From: Desulfobacteraceae bacterium
Lineage (GTDB): Bacteria; Desulfobacterota; Desulfobacteria; Desulfobacterales; JAABSP01
Direction: 5' to 3'
DNA length: 64,000 nucleotides
NCBI GenBank assembly: GCA_011390135.1
Contig: JAABSZ010000003.1
Coordinates: 470-64,469 of the forward strand
Shown here: positions 9,122-17,351 of the stretch, piece by piece
Numbering within the stretch: position 1 is the stretch's first letter
Layout of the letters: every line of letters starts with the position of its first letter
Program-made: the position numbers and the translations under genes
The notes under the pieces: model-generated
What the model was told of the DNA's origin: nothing
Seen by the model: the letters and a program-made list of their open reading frames with translations, nothing else
Databases searched by the model: none

Positions 9122-9328
9122 ATGGTTGAAAAATGCACGCGGTGCGGATGCACAAAGATCGAAAAGGGCAAACTTCAAGCCACAGGCCGGGTCCACTTCT
9201 ATCCCGAAGATGCCAAATTTCTCAAGGCAAAGACCACACCGGTTTCAGTGCGCGGCTTTATGTGCGTGGACTGCGGGAACATCGAACTGTTTGGGGATCA
9301 GAAAAAAGTGGACGAGCTGACCTCATAG
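9122..9328 (+). CDS. small zinc-ribbon protein
   Basis: 68 aa with two CxxC pairs (CTRCGC ... CVDCG). Strong RBS AAAGGAGG about 8 nt upstream of ATG 9122. Confidence 0.6.
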   Translation: MVEKCTRCGCTKIEKGKLQATGRVHFYPEDAKFLKAKTTPVSVRGFMCVDCGNIELFGDQKKVDELTS

Positions 9329-9536
9329 CTCCACCTTCGATCCGGCAACATCCCGATCCCGGCAGATCCATATTTCCCATCCTGCCGGGACATCCTTTAA
9401 ATATATCCTTCAAATACATCCTTCTGCAGATCTGAATACATACTCTCCCCTATTCTTTCCTCCTCATCCTCGGGCGTAAAATGGGTTGTGGAGTGAACGT
9501 ATTCACGCATTCAACCCCTAAATCAGGAGGAGACCC

Positions 9537-10892
9537 ATGTTTCTGGAAATCATCCGATCCGAGGGACTGGCGCACCTGTCCTATCTCATCGGCGACGGCA
9601 ACAGTGCCGCGGTGATCGATCCCCGCCGGGATGTGGAGGTCTATATCGAGACCGCACACTGCAAGGGCGCGCAGATCAGACACATCTTCGAAACCCACCG
9701 GAACGAGGACTATGTCATCGGCTCCAAGGATCTGGCAAGGCGAACCGGGGCCGAGATCTACCACGGCAAACAGCTCGATTTCAATTACGGCAACCCCGTC
9801 TCTGAGGGGGATACCTTTGAACTGGGGGGCATGAAGCTCAAGATCCTGCACACGCCGGGTCATACGGATGAGAGCATATCGATCGCGCTCTACGACACCC
9901 AGTACGGCGACAAGCCGGTCGGGGTCTTCACCGGCGATCTCCTCTTCATTGGCCAGGTGGGCCGCACCGACTTCTATCCGGACCGGGCCTGGGAAGTTGC
10001 CGGCCTCCAGTACGACAGCATCTTCAAAACACTGCTGCCGTTAGGAGATCAGGTGATCCTCTACCCGGCCCACGGCGCGGGATCGGTCTGCGGCTCCGGC
10101 ATGGCCTCCCGGGAATTTTCCACCCTGGGCTATGAGCGGCAGTTCAATCCGGCCTTACAGCAGGACCGGGAAGGCTTCATCGAGAGCAAGGTGAGCCAGA
10201 AGCCGTACCAGCCCCCCTATTTCCGGATGATGGAGAAGTACAACCAGGAGGGGCCCCCGCGCCTGGACATGCTGCCCCGGCCCAAGCCCTGTCTTCCGGG
10301 CGCGTTTGAAAAGCTCATTGAAAAGGGCGCGCAGGTACTGGATCTGAGAAGCCCCGAGGCCTTTTCCGGAGCCTATGTTCCAGACAGCTATGCCATGTCT
10401 TTGGGCATCCTGCCCGGATTTGCCGGATGGTTTCTCGACTACGAAAAAGATATCGCGCTGGTGGCCAATGACTGCAACGAGGTGGACAAGGCCGTGAAGC
10501 TCCTCATCCGGCTCGGATACGACCGGATTATCGGCTATCTCGACGGCGGGATGGAGACCTGGGAGACCTCGGGCCGGGATTACGGGCAGATGCCGTCGGT
10601 CTATGCCGGAGATATCCGAAAGCTTCAGGAAAAGGGATATCTTCTGCTCGATGTCCGGGAGAAGGAGGAATGGGAATCGGGACACCTCAAGGACGCGCAG
10701 CACATCTATGTGGGAGAGCTTCCGGACAATCTGGATAAAGTGCCCCGAGATAAGCCCGTCATCACCTTCTGCGGCAGCGGAAGAAGAGCCATCATCGCAG
10801 CCTCCATCCTGAAGCAGAACGGCTATGACCATGTGGAGAACTGCCTCGGCTCCATGGCCGCATGCCAGAAGTCCGGATGCCAGATCGTTTAG
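9537..10892 (+). CDS. MBL-fold persulfide-dioxygenase-like protein fused to rhodanese domains
   Basis: N-terminal glyoxalase II/ETHE1-like domain (HTPGHTDES). C-terminal rhodanese with active-site loop FCGSGRRA. Confidence 0.85.
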   Translation: MFLEIIRSEGLAHLSYLIGDGNSAAVIDPRRDVEVYIETAHCKGAQIRHIFETHRNEDYVIGSKDLARRTGAEIYHGKQLDFNYGNPVSEGDTFELGGMKLKILHTPGHTDESISIALYDTQYGDKPVGVFTGDLLFIGQVGRTDFYPDRAWEVAGLQYDSIFKTLLPLGDQVILYPAHGAGSVCGSGMASREFSTLGYERQFNPALQQDREGFIESKVSQKPYQPPYFRMMEKYNQEGPPRLDMLPRPKPCLPGAFEKLIEKGAQVLDLRSPEAFSGAYVPDSYAMSLGILPGFAGWFLDYEKDIALVANDCNEVDKAVKLLIRLGYDRIIGYLDGGMETWETSGRDYGQMPSVYAGDIRKLQEKGYLLLDVREKEEWESGHLKDAQHIYVGELPDNLDKVPRDKPVITFCGSGRRAIIAASILKQNGYDHVENCLGSMAACQKSGCQIV

Positions 10893-10907
10893 ATAAAGGA
10901 GGATTTC

Positions 10908-11579
10908 ATGACAAAAACGGATTATGGCTTTCAGGGCCTTATGCTGATGCTTCTGATCGCAACCCTGCTGCTGCTTTGCGTCGATTTTCAAGCCGCATGG
11001 GCAGAGGTCGGAGAGAAGGCCGCGATCCATGAAGCAATGGGACCGGTGGAGACCGAAGGCAATCCCCTGACCCGAAAGCGCTGGTCCCCTTACACCACCG
11101 GGATCGCCATCGGTGTTCTGAGCTGGCTCGCGTTTCTGCTCATAGGCAAGGGGCTCGGCGTATCGAGTTCCTACGCCAAAACCAGCGGAATGGTGGAAAA
11201 GGCCGTAAAGGGAGAGAAGGTTTATGAGATCGAGTATTATCAGGAGAAAACTCCTAAGATCGACACCGGATGGATGCTCGTCTTCGGCATCATCATCGGC
11301 GCATTTCTGTCGGCAAGGCTCTCCGGCGACTTTCAACTGACCGCGATTCCTCCCCTCTGGAAAGAGATGTTCGGAGACAATGTGCTGATCCGGATCATCG
11401 TCGCGTTTATTGGAGGCATGGTACTGATCATCGGCGCGAGATGGGCCCGGGGATGCACAAGCGGACATGGGATCACCGGAACCCTCCAGCTTGCCGTCAG
11501 CAGTTGGATGGCGCTTTTTGCCTTTTTTATCGGCGGAGTGATAACCGCCTATCTTCTCTATGCGGTCTCGGCTTTATAG
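10908..11579 (+). CDS. YeeE/YedE family sulfur-compound transport protein
   Basis: Multi-TM protein with the GCTSGHG motif typical of the YeeE/YedE (sulphur transport) family. Confidence 0.8.
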   Translation: MTKTDYGFQGLMLMLLIATLLLLCVDFQAAWAEVGEKAAIHEAMGPVETEGNPLTRKRWSPYTTGIAIGVLSWLAFLLIGKGLGVSSSYAKTSGMVEKAVKGEKVYEIEYYQEKTPKIDTGWMLVFGIIIGAFLSARLSGDFQLTAIPPLWKEMFGDNVLIRIIVAFIGGMVLIIGARWARGCTSGHGITGTLQLAVSSWMALFAFFIGGVITAYLLYAVSAL

Positions 11580-11617
11580 AAAAGGCTGCAGGCTGAAAAA
11601 GTATTCAGGAGAGAGAA

Positions 11618-12175
11618 ATGCTTGATAAACTGCACGAAAACAGACCGGCACAGCTCATCATCGGTCTTTTCATCGGAATCCTCTTCGGCTTCTTCCTGCA
11701 GAAGGGGCAGGTGACCAGATACGAAGCCATTGTTGGCCAGTTGCTGCTTATGGATTTTACGGTGTTGAAGGTGATGCTCACCGCGATTATCACCGGCATG
11801 ATCGGGGTCTATTCCCTGCGGGGAGTGGGCCTTGTGGAACTCAAGATCAAGCCCGGCTCATGGGGCGCGACCGGCATCGGCGGGCTCATCTTCGGCGCGG
11901 GCATGGCTATTCTTGGTTACTGCCCCGGAACCACCACCGGTGCTGTGGGGCAAGGATCATTGGACGCGCTTGCAGGCGGCATCACCGGGATGATCGTCGG
12001 CGGCATGGTCTATGCCCGGATCTACCCGAAGATCAAGGACAACATCCTGCAAAAGGGCGACTTTGGAAAGCTGACCCTGCCGGAATGGTTCCACGCCACC
12101 ATCCCCGAGGCCGTTGTGGGGGTTATCATGATCGGCCTCACGGTATTTGCAGCCCTTGAAATGGCAGGACTATAA
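11618..12175 (+). CDS. YeeE/YedE family protein (second half-transporter)
   Basis: Multi-TM with the GYCPGTTTGA motif. Immediately follows the first YeeE-like gene. Confidence 0.8.
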   Translation: MLDKLHENRPAQLIIGLFIGILFGFFLQKGQVTRYEAIVGQLLLMDFTVLKVMLTAIITGMIGVYSLRGVGLVELKIKPGSWGATGIGGLIFGAGMAILGYCPGTTTGAVGQGSLDALAGGITGMIVGGMVYARIYPKIKDNILQKGDFGKLTLPEWFHATIPEAVVGVIMIGLTVFAALEMAGL

Positions 12176-12203
12176 CAGACAAGAGTGAAGGAGGTTTTTA
12201 GGG

Positions 12204-12311
12204 GTGCCGGCCGACTTTCCCCTGCCCGGCATCGCTCCGGAAGAGCAGGATGCCCTCTCCCGGAGCGCGGCCGCGATGCGCAAGGCCATTTACGAGCTGG
12301 GGGACATATAG
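12204..12311 (+). CDS. possible 35-aa small ORF (below track threshold)
   Basis: GTG 12204 preceded by GAAGGAGG with an 8-nt spacer. Peptide MPADFPLPGIAPEEQDALSRSAAAMRKAIYELGDI; TAG at 12309-12311. Could be a truncated remnant. Confidence 0.25.
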   Translation: MPADFPLPGIAPEEQDALSRSAAAMRKAIYELGDI

Positions 12312-12323
12312 CCTTCGGAAAAT

Positions 12324-13574
12324 TTACAACATCTCGATAACGCAGGCCATGGAGACCCCGCCGCCGCCGCAGAGGGTGGCCATCCCCAAGCTCTTGTTCC
12401 GCTTCTTCAGGGCGTGCATCAGCGTCACCATGATCCTTGCGCCGGTGGCTCCCACCGGATGGCCCAGGCCGATGCCGGAGCCGTTGATGTTGGTGATCTC
12501 CCGCTTCAGACCCAGATCCCGTTCGCATCCGATATACTGCGCGGCAAAGGCCTCGTTCACCTCCACCAGCTCGAAATCCCCGACCTTATAGCCGCTGTTC
12601 GCGGTCAGATTCCGCACCGCAGGCACCGGAGAGAGCCCCATGATAGAAGGATGGCACGCGCCACGGCTCGTGGCCCGGATTGCGGCAATGGGCGTCAACC
12701 CCAGCTCCTTTGCCTTGTCGGCCGACATGATAACCATCGCAGCAGAGCCGTCATTGATACCGCTGGCATTTCCGGCCGTCACCTTTCCGATCTTGGGCAC
12801 GAAGGCAGCCGGCAGCTTCGCAAGCTGCTCCAGAGTCAGGCCGGGCCGGAAATGCTCGTCCTTTTCAAATACGATCGCAGGCTTTTTCCGCCGGGGAACC
12901 TCCACCGGCACGATCTCTTCGGCAAAAGAGCCGTCATTGTTAGCCCGCTCGGCCTCGTTGTTGCTCCGCACCGCCACCTCATCCATCTCCTCCCGGCTGA
13001 TGTCCATGTACTGCGCGATGAACTCCGCGGTGTGGCCCATGATGTAAGGCTTCCCCACGAACATGCTCAGGGGCGGCTGGGTCTCGTCCACGGGCCCATC
13101 CTCGGGATGGGGAATCACATGGGAGCCGCAGTGAAGGGCATGGATCATCGCATCCTTGAAAAGCCCATCCTGCAGCCGGCATCCCCACCGGGCCCCCGGA
13201 ACCTCATAGGGCGCGCCCGACATGTGCTCGACCCCGCCCGCGAGGATCACATCGGCCATTCCGGCCTGAATCATGGCCATGCCCGAGATCACGGCCTCCA
13301 TACCCGAAATGCAGACCCGGTTGATGGTCGCGGCCGTCACCGAATCGGGAATCCCGGCAAGCAAGGCCCCCACCCGGGTGACATTCAGGGTGTCCGATGG
13401 CTCCAGACAGCAGCCGTATCGGATATCATCGATGATCCCGGAATCGATGCCGGCCCTGCGCACCGCCTCTTTCATGGTGATGCCGGCAAGAGTTGCCGCA
13501 TTCAAATCCTTCAACGTGCCGCCGAACGCGCCGATCGCGGTCCGGCAGGCCGAAACGATTACAACATCTTTCAT
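12324..13574 (-). CDS. acetyl-CoA acetyltransferase (thiolase)
   Basis: Canonical thiolase N-terminus MKDVVIVSACRTAIGAFGG, active-site region NRVCISGM and C-terminal GLGHPVGATGARI / CGGGG. Confidence 0.9.
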   Translation of the reverse strand: MKDVVIVSACRTAIGAFGGTLKDLNAATLAGITMKEAVRRAGIDSGIIDDIRYGCCLEPSDTLNVTRVGALLAGIPDSVTAATINRVCISGMEAVISGMAMIQAGMADVILAGGVEHMSGAPYEVPGARWGCRLQDGLFKDAMIHALHCGSHVIPHPEDGPVDETQPPLSMFVGKPYIMGHTAEFIAQYMDISREEMDEVAVRSNNEAERANNDGSFAEEIVPVEVPRRKKPAIVFEKDEHFRPGLTLEQLAKLPAAFVPKIGKVTAGNASGINDGSAAMVIMSADKAKELGLTPIAAIRATSRGACHPSIMGLSPVPAVRNLTANSGYKVGDFELVEVNEAFAAQYIGCERDLGLKREITNINGSGIGLGHPVGATGARIMVTLMHALKKRNKSLGMATLCGGGGVSMACVIEML

Positions 13575-13749
13575 TCCAAATCTCCTTTTGCCTATCGATT
13601 CTTCGATTCATTCAAAGGGTGACTCCTACGCTATCTCCGATGCACTGTCAAGTCCGGATCCTGCCTAATCCTGCTTGACATCGATCTGTTTTCGGGATAT
13701 GCCCTTTTCAGTTATTATAGCGGAATTACCCCTATCCCGGGAGGAAAAA

Positions 13750-14139
13750 ATGGACAAGCTCAACATCGTATCCTTTGGCGCAGAAGACATCGAAAACGTG
13801 CTGGCAAAGATGGATCAGAAAAACCTGGATGGACTCCCCTTCGGTGCGATCCAGCTCGACGGTTCGGGAAAGATCCTCTCCTACAACGCCACCGAGGGCG
13901 TCATCACGGGCCGAAAGCCTGAAGAGGTGATCGGCAAAAACTTCTTCGACGAGATCGCGCCCTGCACCAAGCGGCCCGAGTTCTACGGCGTCTTCAAAGA
14001 GGGGGTGAAGCAGGGAAAGCTCAACACCATGTTCGAATACGTCTTCGACTACAAGATGAAGGCCACCAAGGTGAAGGTCCACATGAAAAAGGCTTTGGTG
14101 GGAGACAGCTACTGGATCATCGTCAAACGGCTGCTCTGA
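13750..14139 (+). CDS. pyp: photoactive yellow protein (PYP)
   Basis: 129 aa, collinear with Halorhodospira PYP as I recall it. Tyr45, Glu49, Thr53, Arg55 and Cys72 correspond to Y42, E46, T50, R52 and C69. RBS GGGAGG at 13738-13743. Confidence 0.9.
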   Translation: MDKLNIVSFGAEDIENVLAKMDQKNLDGLPFGAIQLDGSGKILSYNATEGVITGRKPEEVIGKNFFDEIAPCTKRPEFYGVFKEGVKQGKLNTMFEYVFDYKMKATKVKVHMKKALVGDSYWIIVKRLL

Positions 14140-14144
14140 GATCT

Positions 14145-15305
14145 GTGGAAGAAATCGAACTCCCCCCATCGACTATCCTTCGGACCCTTGCGGACCTAAC
14201 CCATCAGCTCCTGAGCGGTGGCCGAGGGGGGAACGAAGAACTACCGCCGCCCTGGGAATGGGACGAAAAGACTCCGGTGGGCAAAGGCGGGCTCGAAGCC
14301 GATTCCATCGAGCGGCTCACACTTTGCGCCGGCATCAACCGGATGTACCACCTCCACGAGGCCGGCATCGAGGATTATCTTCTCCGGGCAAAGAGCATCG
14401 GAGAGTGGGCTGAGATCGTCGAAGAAGGCCGAAAGCGCAATTCCAAAGCCATCACCTTCACCACATCGGGGACCACAGGAGAGCCAAAGCCCTGCGCCCA
14501 CTCATGGGCAGGACTTCTCCAGGAGATCGATTTTCTCCAAACCCTCTTTCCCCATGCCCGGCGGATCATCCGCACCCTCCCCTGCCATCACATCTACGGC
14601 TTTCTCTTCACGGTCCTTCTGCCGCTTCAGATGAAGATCCCGGTCACAGATCTCCGGGGAAGAAGTTTTTCCGGTTTGGCTTCAGGCGATCTCATCGTCT
14701 CCTTTCCCCTCTACTGGCGCTATCTTGTCGATTCAGGAATTCCCTTTCCCAAAGAGGTTTTCGGCGTCACCTCCACAGCCCCCTGCCCCGAAGAGCTTCC
14801 CGAGCAGTTGAAATCCCAAAACCTTCAGAGACTCACCCAGATATACGGATCATCCGAAACCGGCGGCATCGGTCATCGAACCGAACCCGAATCCCCGTTC
14901 CAACTTTTCCCCCACTGGAAAAAAGCCGGGGAGGAAAAGCTGCTGCGAACACTTCATGACCCAAAAAAAGAAGAGCCGGTCACACTTCAGGACCGGCTCA
15001 ACTGGATGGCAGAGGATCGGTTTCTGGTTCTGGGAAGGCGGGACTGCTGCATTCAGGTTGGGGGCATCAATGTTTCCCCAGAAGCCGTTGCAGAAAAGAT
15101 CTGTGGGCATCCCCTGGTGGAAAGCTGCTCGGTCTGGCCCGGCAGCCAGAAGCCGGAACCCCGCGTTTCAGCAGAGATCATCTTACAAAAAGGCACCTTC
15201 CCCACACCGGAAGTCAAAAAAGCCCTCCGTCAATGGCTCCGGGAAAACCTCCCCCCTGCCCAGCGCCCGACGGACATCTCTTTCAAGCCTTCTTCCGAGT
15301 CCTGA
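14145..15305 (+). CDS. pcl: p-coumaroyl-CoA ligase-like AMP-dependent synthetase
   Basis: AMP-binding motif TSGTTGEPK and later YGSSETGG. GTG start 5 nt after the pyp stop. Short (~386 aa) acyl-CoA ligase, like pcl genes linked to pyp. Confidence 0.7.
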   Translation: MEEIELPPSTILRTLADLTHQLLSGGRGGNEELPPPWEWDEKTPVGKGGLEADSIERLTLCAGINRMYHLHEAGIEDYLLRAKSIGEWAEIVEEGRKRNSKAITFTTSGTTGEPKPCAHSWAGLLQEIDFLQTLFPHARRIIRTLPCHHIYGFLFTVLLPLQMKIPVTDLRGRSFSGLASGDLIVSFPLYWRYLVDSGIPFPKEVFGVTSTAPCPEELPEQLKSQNLQRLTQIYGSSETGGIGHRTEPESPFQLFPHWKKAGEEKLLRTLHDPKKEEPVTLQDRLNWMAEDRFLVLGRRDCCIQVGGINVSPEAVAEKICGHPLVESCSVWPGSQKPEPRVSAEIILQKGTFPTPEVKKALRQWLRENLPPAQRPTDISFKPSSES

Positions 15306-15504
15306 ACTCAGCCCAGCCCATCACCCCTTTCATCATTTCCGTCTCCTGAACCCCAGCCCATGGCCCCTTACATCAATCCCGTTTCCTGAACCCCAGCCCA
15401 TCGCCCCTTAAATCGATCCCGTTTCCTGAACCCCACCCCATCGTCCTTTATGTCGTTTCCCTCTCCTGAACGTCCCTTATGTCGTTTATGTCCTTTAGGT
15501 CCTT
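15301..15504 (+). repeat. degenerate tandem repeat, about 5 units of 40 nt
   Basis: CCTGAAC anchors at 15301, 15345, 15385, 15425 and 15465 (spacing 44, 40, 40, 40). The first unit overlaps the pcl stop. Lies between convergent genes. Confidence 0.85.
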
Positions 15505-15513
15505 TGTCCTTTC
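15443..15513 (+). repeat. 9-bp periodic GTCCTTTNN motif block (locus 1 of 3)
   Basis: gtcctttat gtcgtttcc ... gtcccttat gtcgtttat gtcctttag gtcctttgtcctttc. The same motif recurs at 19549-19588 (reverse complement, coding) and 51885-51928. Confidence 0.8.
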
Positions 15514-16147
15514 AATCAACCGAAGAAAGCCCCAGAATCTCAACCATCTGTTCCAACCGCGTAATATGAAAATCGGCCTGAAGATCCCGGTTGTCATAGG
15601 CCACAAAACAGATATTTGCGCCCTTGGCCGCGGCCTCATCCACCGAAGAATCCCCCAAATAGATCGCCTCATGGGGCCCAACCCCGAAATGCTCCATCAC
15701 CCGAAAAAGCTGTTCCGGATGCGGCTTTGGCCGCTTTACATCCCGCGCGGTCACAATCAGATCAAAAGCATCCGACAGCTCAAACGCCTCCACCACCCGG
15801 GGCATGGTATCTGACCGGTTCGTCGCCACAGCCGTCTTGTACTCAGGCTTCAGCCTCTTTATCAGCGCCATCAGCCCCGGCTCGATGATCATCTCCGGAA
15901 TAAAGGGATCATATCCCATCTCCTTCCGGTACTTCTGCGCGGCCTCGAACTCCTTCTCGTCCGGAAAGAGGTGCGCAATGGACTCGTCTGCCGTATGCAT
16001 ATGGACATAGGCAAACTGCTCCCCGGTCATCTCCGGCTTGTTGAATCTGGCCAACACCCGATTGTAATAGGATTTATTGGCCTGCACAGTATCGAATAGA
16101 ACCCCGTCGCAGTCGAAGATCACAACCCTGATCGAATTCATGTTCAT
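15512..16147 (-). CDS. HAD-superfamily hydrolase (phosphatase-like)
   Basis: Motif I FDCDGVLFDT; later VATNR and GDSSVD motifs. Confidence 0.85.
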   Translation of the reverse strand: MNMNSIRVVIFDCDGVLFDTVQANKSYYNRVLARFNKPEMTGEQFAYVHMHTADESIAHLFPDEKEFEAAQKYRKEMGYDPFIPEMIIEPGLMALIKRLKPEYKTAVATNRSDTMPRVVEAFELSDAFDLIVTARDVKRPKPHPEQLFRVMEHFGVGPHEAIYLGDSSVDEAAAKGANICFVAYDNRDLQADFHITRLEQMVEILGLSSVD

Positions 16148-16163
16148 TGGAGATATTCATCAT

Positions 16164-16213
16164 AAAAAAACCGGCGCGCGGGAGAGCCCGAAAAAGGGCT
16201 TTACGCGCGCCGG
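16164..16213 (-). terminator. rho-independent terminator after the DUF1573-like gene
   Basis: Perfect 10-bp GC stem CCGGCGCGCG/CGCGCGCCGG (16171-16180 / 16204-16213) with an inner hairpin, followed on the minus strand by U7 (16164-16170). Confidence 0.6.
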
Positions 16214-16279
16214 AAAATGTTTTTTAAATATTTCGGAAAAACAGACCTTCCCGAAAAAAGCTTTTGCCTTACAAGTGCT

Positions 16280-17014
16280 TTACGAGCCCTTCTGCTCCAC
16301 CACCGGCTCAAAGATGTTGCCGTAAACACTGATCCGAATCTCCGGCTTCATCTTGCTGTCGGTCTTTAAAATCACCGTATCGAAATACCGGCTCTTCTCC
16401 TGCCGGAGGTTTTCGATGGTCAGGACATATCCCTTCTTCTGCCCCTGCTCGGTCTCTTCGAGCAGGATCTTGATATCCCCCTCCTTGTTGATCTGCACAT
16501 CGGTGATCTTGAAAGGATACTTCTCTTCGGGAAAGATCGTCACCTTCTGGATCACGGGCTGCCCCGCGGGGCCATTCAACCGCACCCGGGTCTGGGAGAT
16601 GGAGGCGAACTTCTCCACCTGACCCATAATGGTCAGGGTGAGCCTGCTGTTCTTCGGATCATTGGTATGAACCGTGGCAGACTTTTTCAGGGTTCTGCCG
16701 CCAAATCCATTGGTATTGACCTTGAGCTTGACTGTTCCCTCGCCACCGGCGGGGATCTGCCTCGTGTAGGAGGCCGCTGTACACCCTCAGCCGGTCTGGA
16801 CTTTTTGAATCTCCAGCGGTGCGGTCCCGGTGTTTTTGATCACAAAATCATGGATCACCTCATCCCCCTCCACCGTGGGAGGGAACTGGAACTCTGCATC
16901 GGGAACCACTGCATCGGGGGCCCCCTGACCCTCCGCATCCGCTGCCCCGAATGCGGCCGATGCAAAAAGCGCGATGAAAAGCGTCATCGCAAGAGCGCAT
17001 ATTTTTCTTTTCAT
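16280..17014 (-). CDS. DUF1573-like secreted protein with in-frame TGA (candidate selenocysteine) at 16787-16789
   Basis: Track ORFs 16787..17059 and 16280..16627 share a frame. Hand translation of the gap shows TGA as the only stop. The read-through gives ...EIQKVQTG-U-GCTAASY... Signal peptide present; RBS AGGAG at 17021-17027 before ATG 17014. Confidence 0.55.
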
Positions 17015-17180
17015 ACCTGCTACTCCTTTTTCAATTCTCTGGTAAAGTTTTTCGGCCATCTTTAAAAAGACGGCTTTTTCGGATAATTAACCTTAACCTG
17101 CATGGACATTTGCCATATGTGCAGTTTATCCATCTAAGGCCGGGGAGTCAAGAGCCATCTGAACCGTTTCAAAAAGAGCA

Positions 17181-17209
17181 TTGACCCGGGAGTCTTTTTA
17201 GGCTATAGA
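17181..17209 (+). promoter_or_regulatory. sigma70-like promoter upstream of the Ni/Co transporter cluster
   Basis: TTGACC (17181-17186), 17-nt spacer, TATAGA (17204-17209). Confidence 0.4.
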
Positions 17210-17297
17210 GAATCGAAAATCTGCGGGCAGAAGCCGGCAACCTTTGGAAACGAACGCAGTAAACTATCGACAATCAGAATCAAAAGCGACATCCGGA

Positions 17298-17351
17298 CCA
17301 CGAAGGTCATCCGTATCATGAAGGTGCGGGCTGAAGTTCGTGGTTTTTTTT
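17298..17351 (+). promoter_or_regulatory. leader hairpin plus T8 tract (possible attenuator or riboswitch expression platform)
   Basis: CCACGAA (17298-17304) pairs with TTCGTGG (17337-17343) and is followed by TTTTTTTT (17344-17351), about 20 nt before the RBS and GTG of the first transporter gene. Confidence 0.35.

Noticed and set aside
10155-11468. 437-aa minus-strand ORF
   Set aside because: It spans the antisense of the rhodanese-fusion and YeeE genes, which have family motifs. It crosses a real intergenic region, which a true gene would not be expected to do here.
15301-15504. Tandem array considered as a CRISPR locus
   Set aside because: The units are directly contiguous with no unique spacers, they are degenerate, the repeat is not palindromic, and there are no cas genes in the window.
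16787-16789. The TGA in the DUF1573-like gene as a simple inactivating mutation or sequencing error
   Set aside because: This is not fully excluded. I consider it less likely because the stop falls exactly on the conserved Cys position, there is no other lesion, and the expression signals are intact. It is retained as the explicit alternative in the finding.
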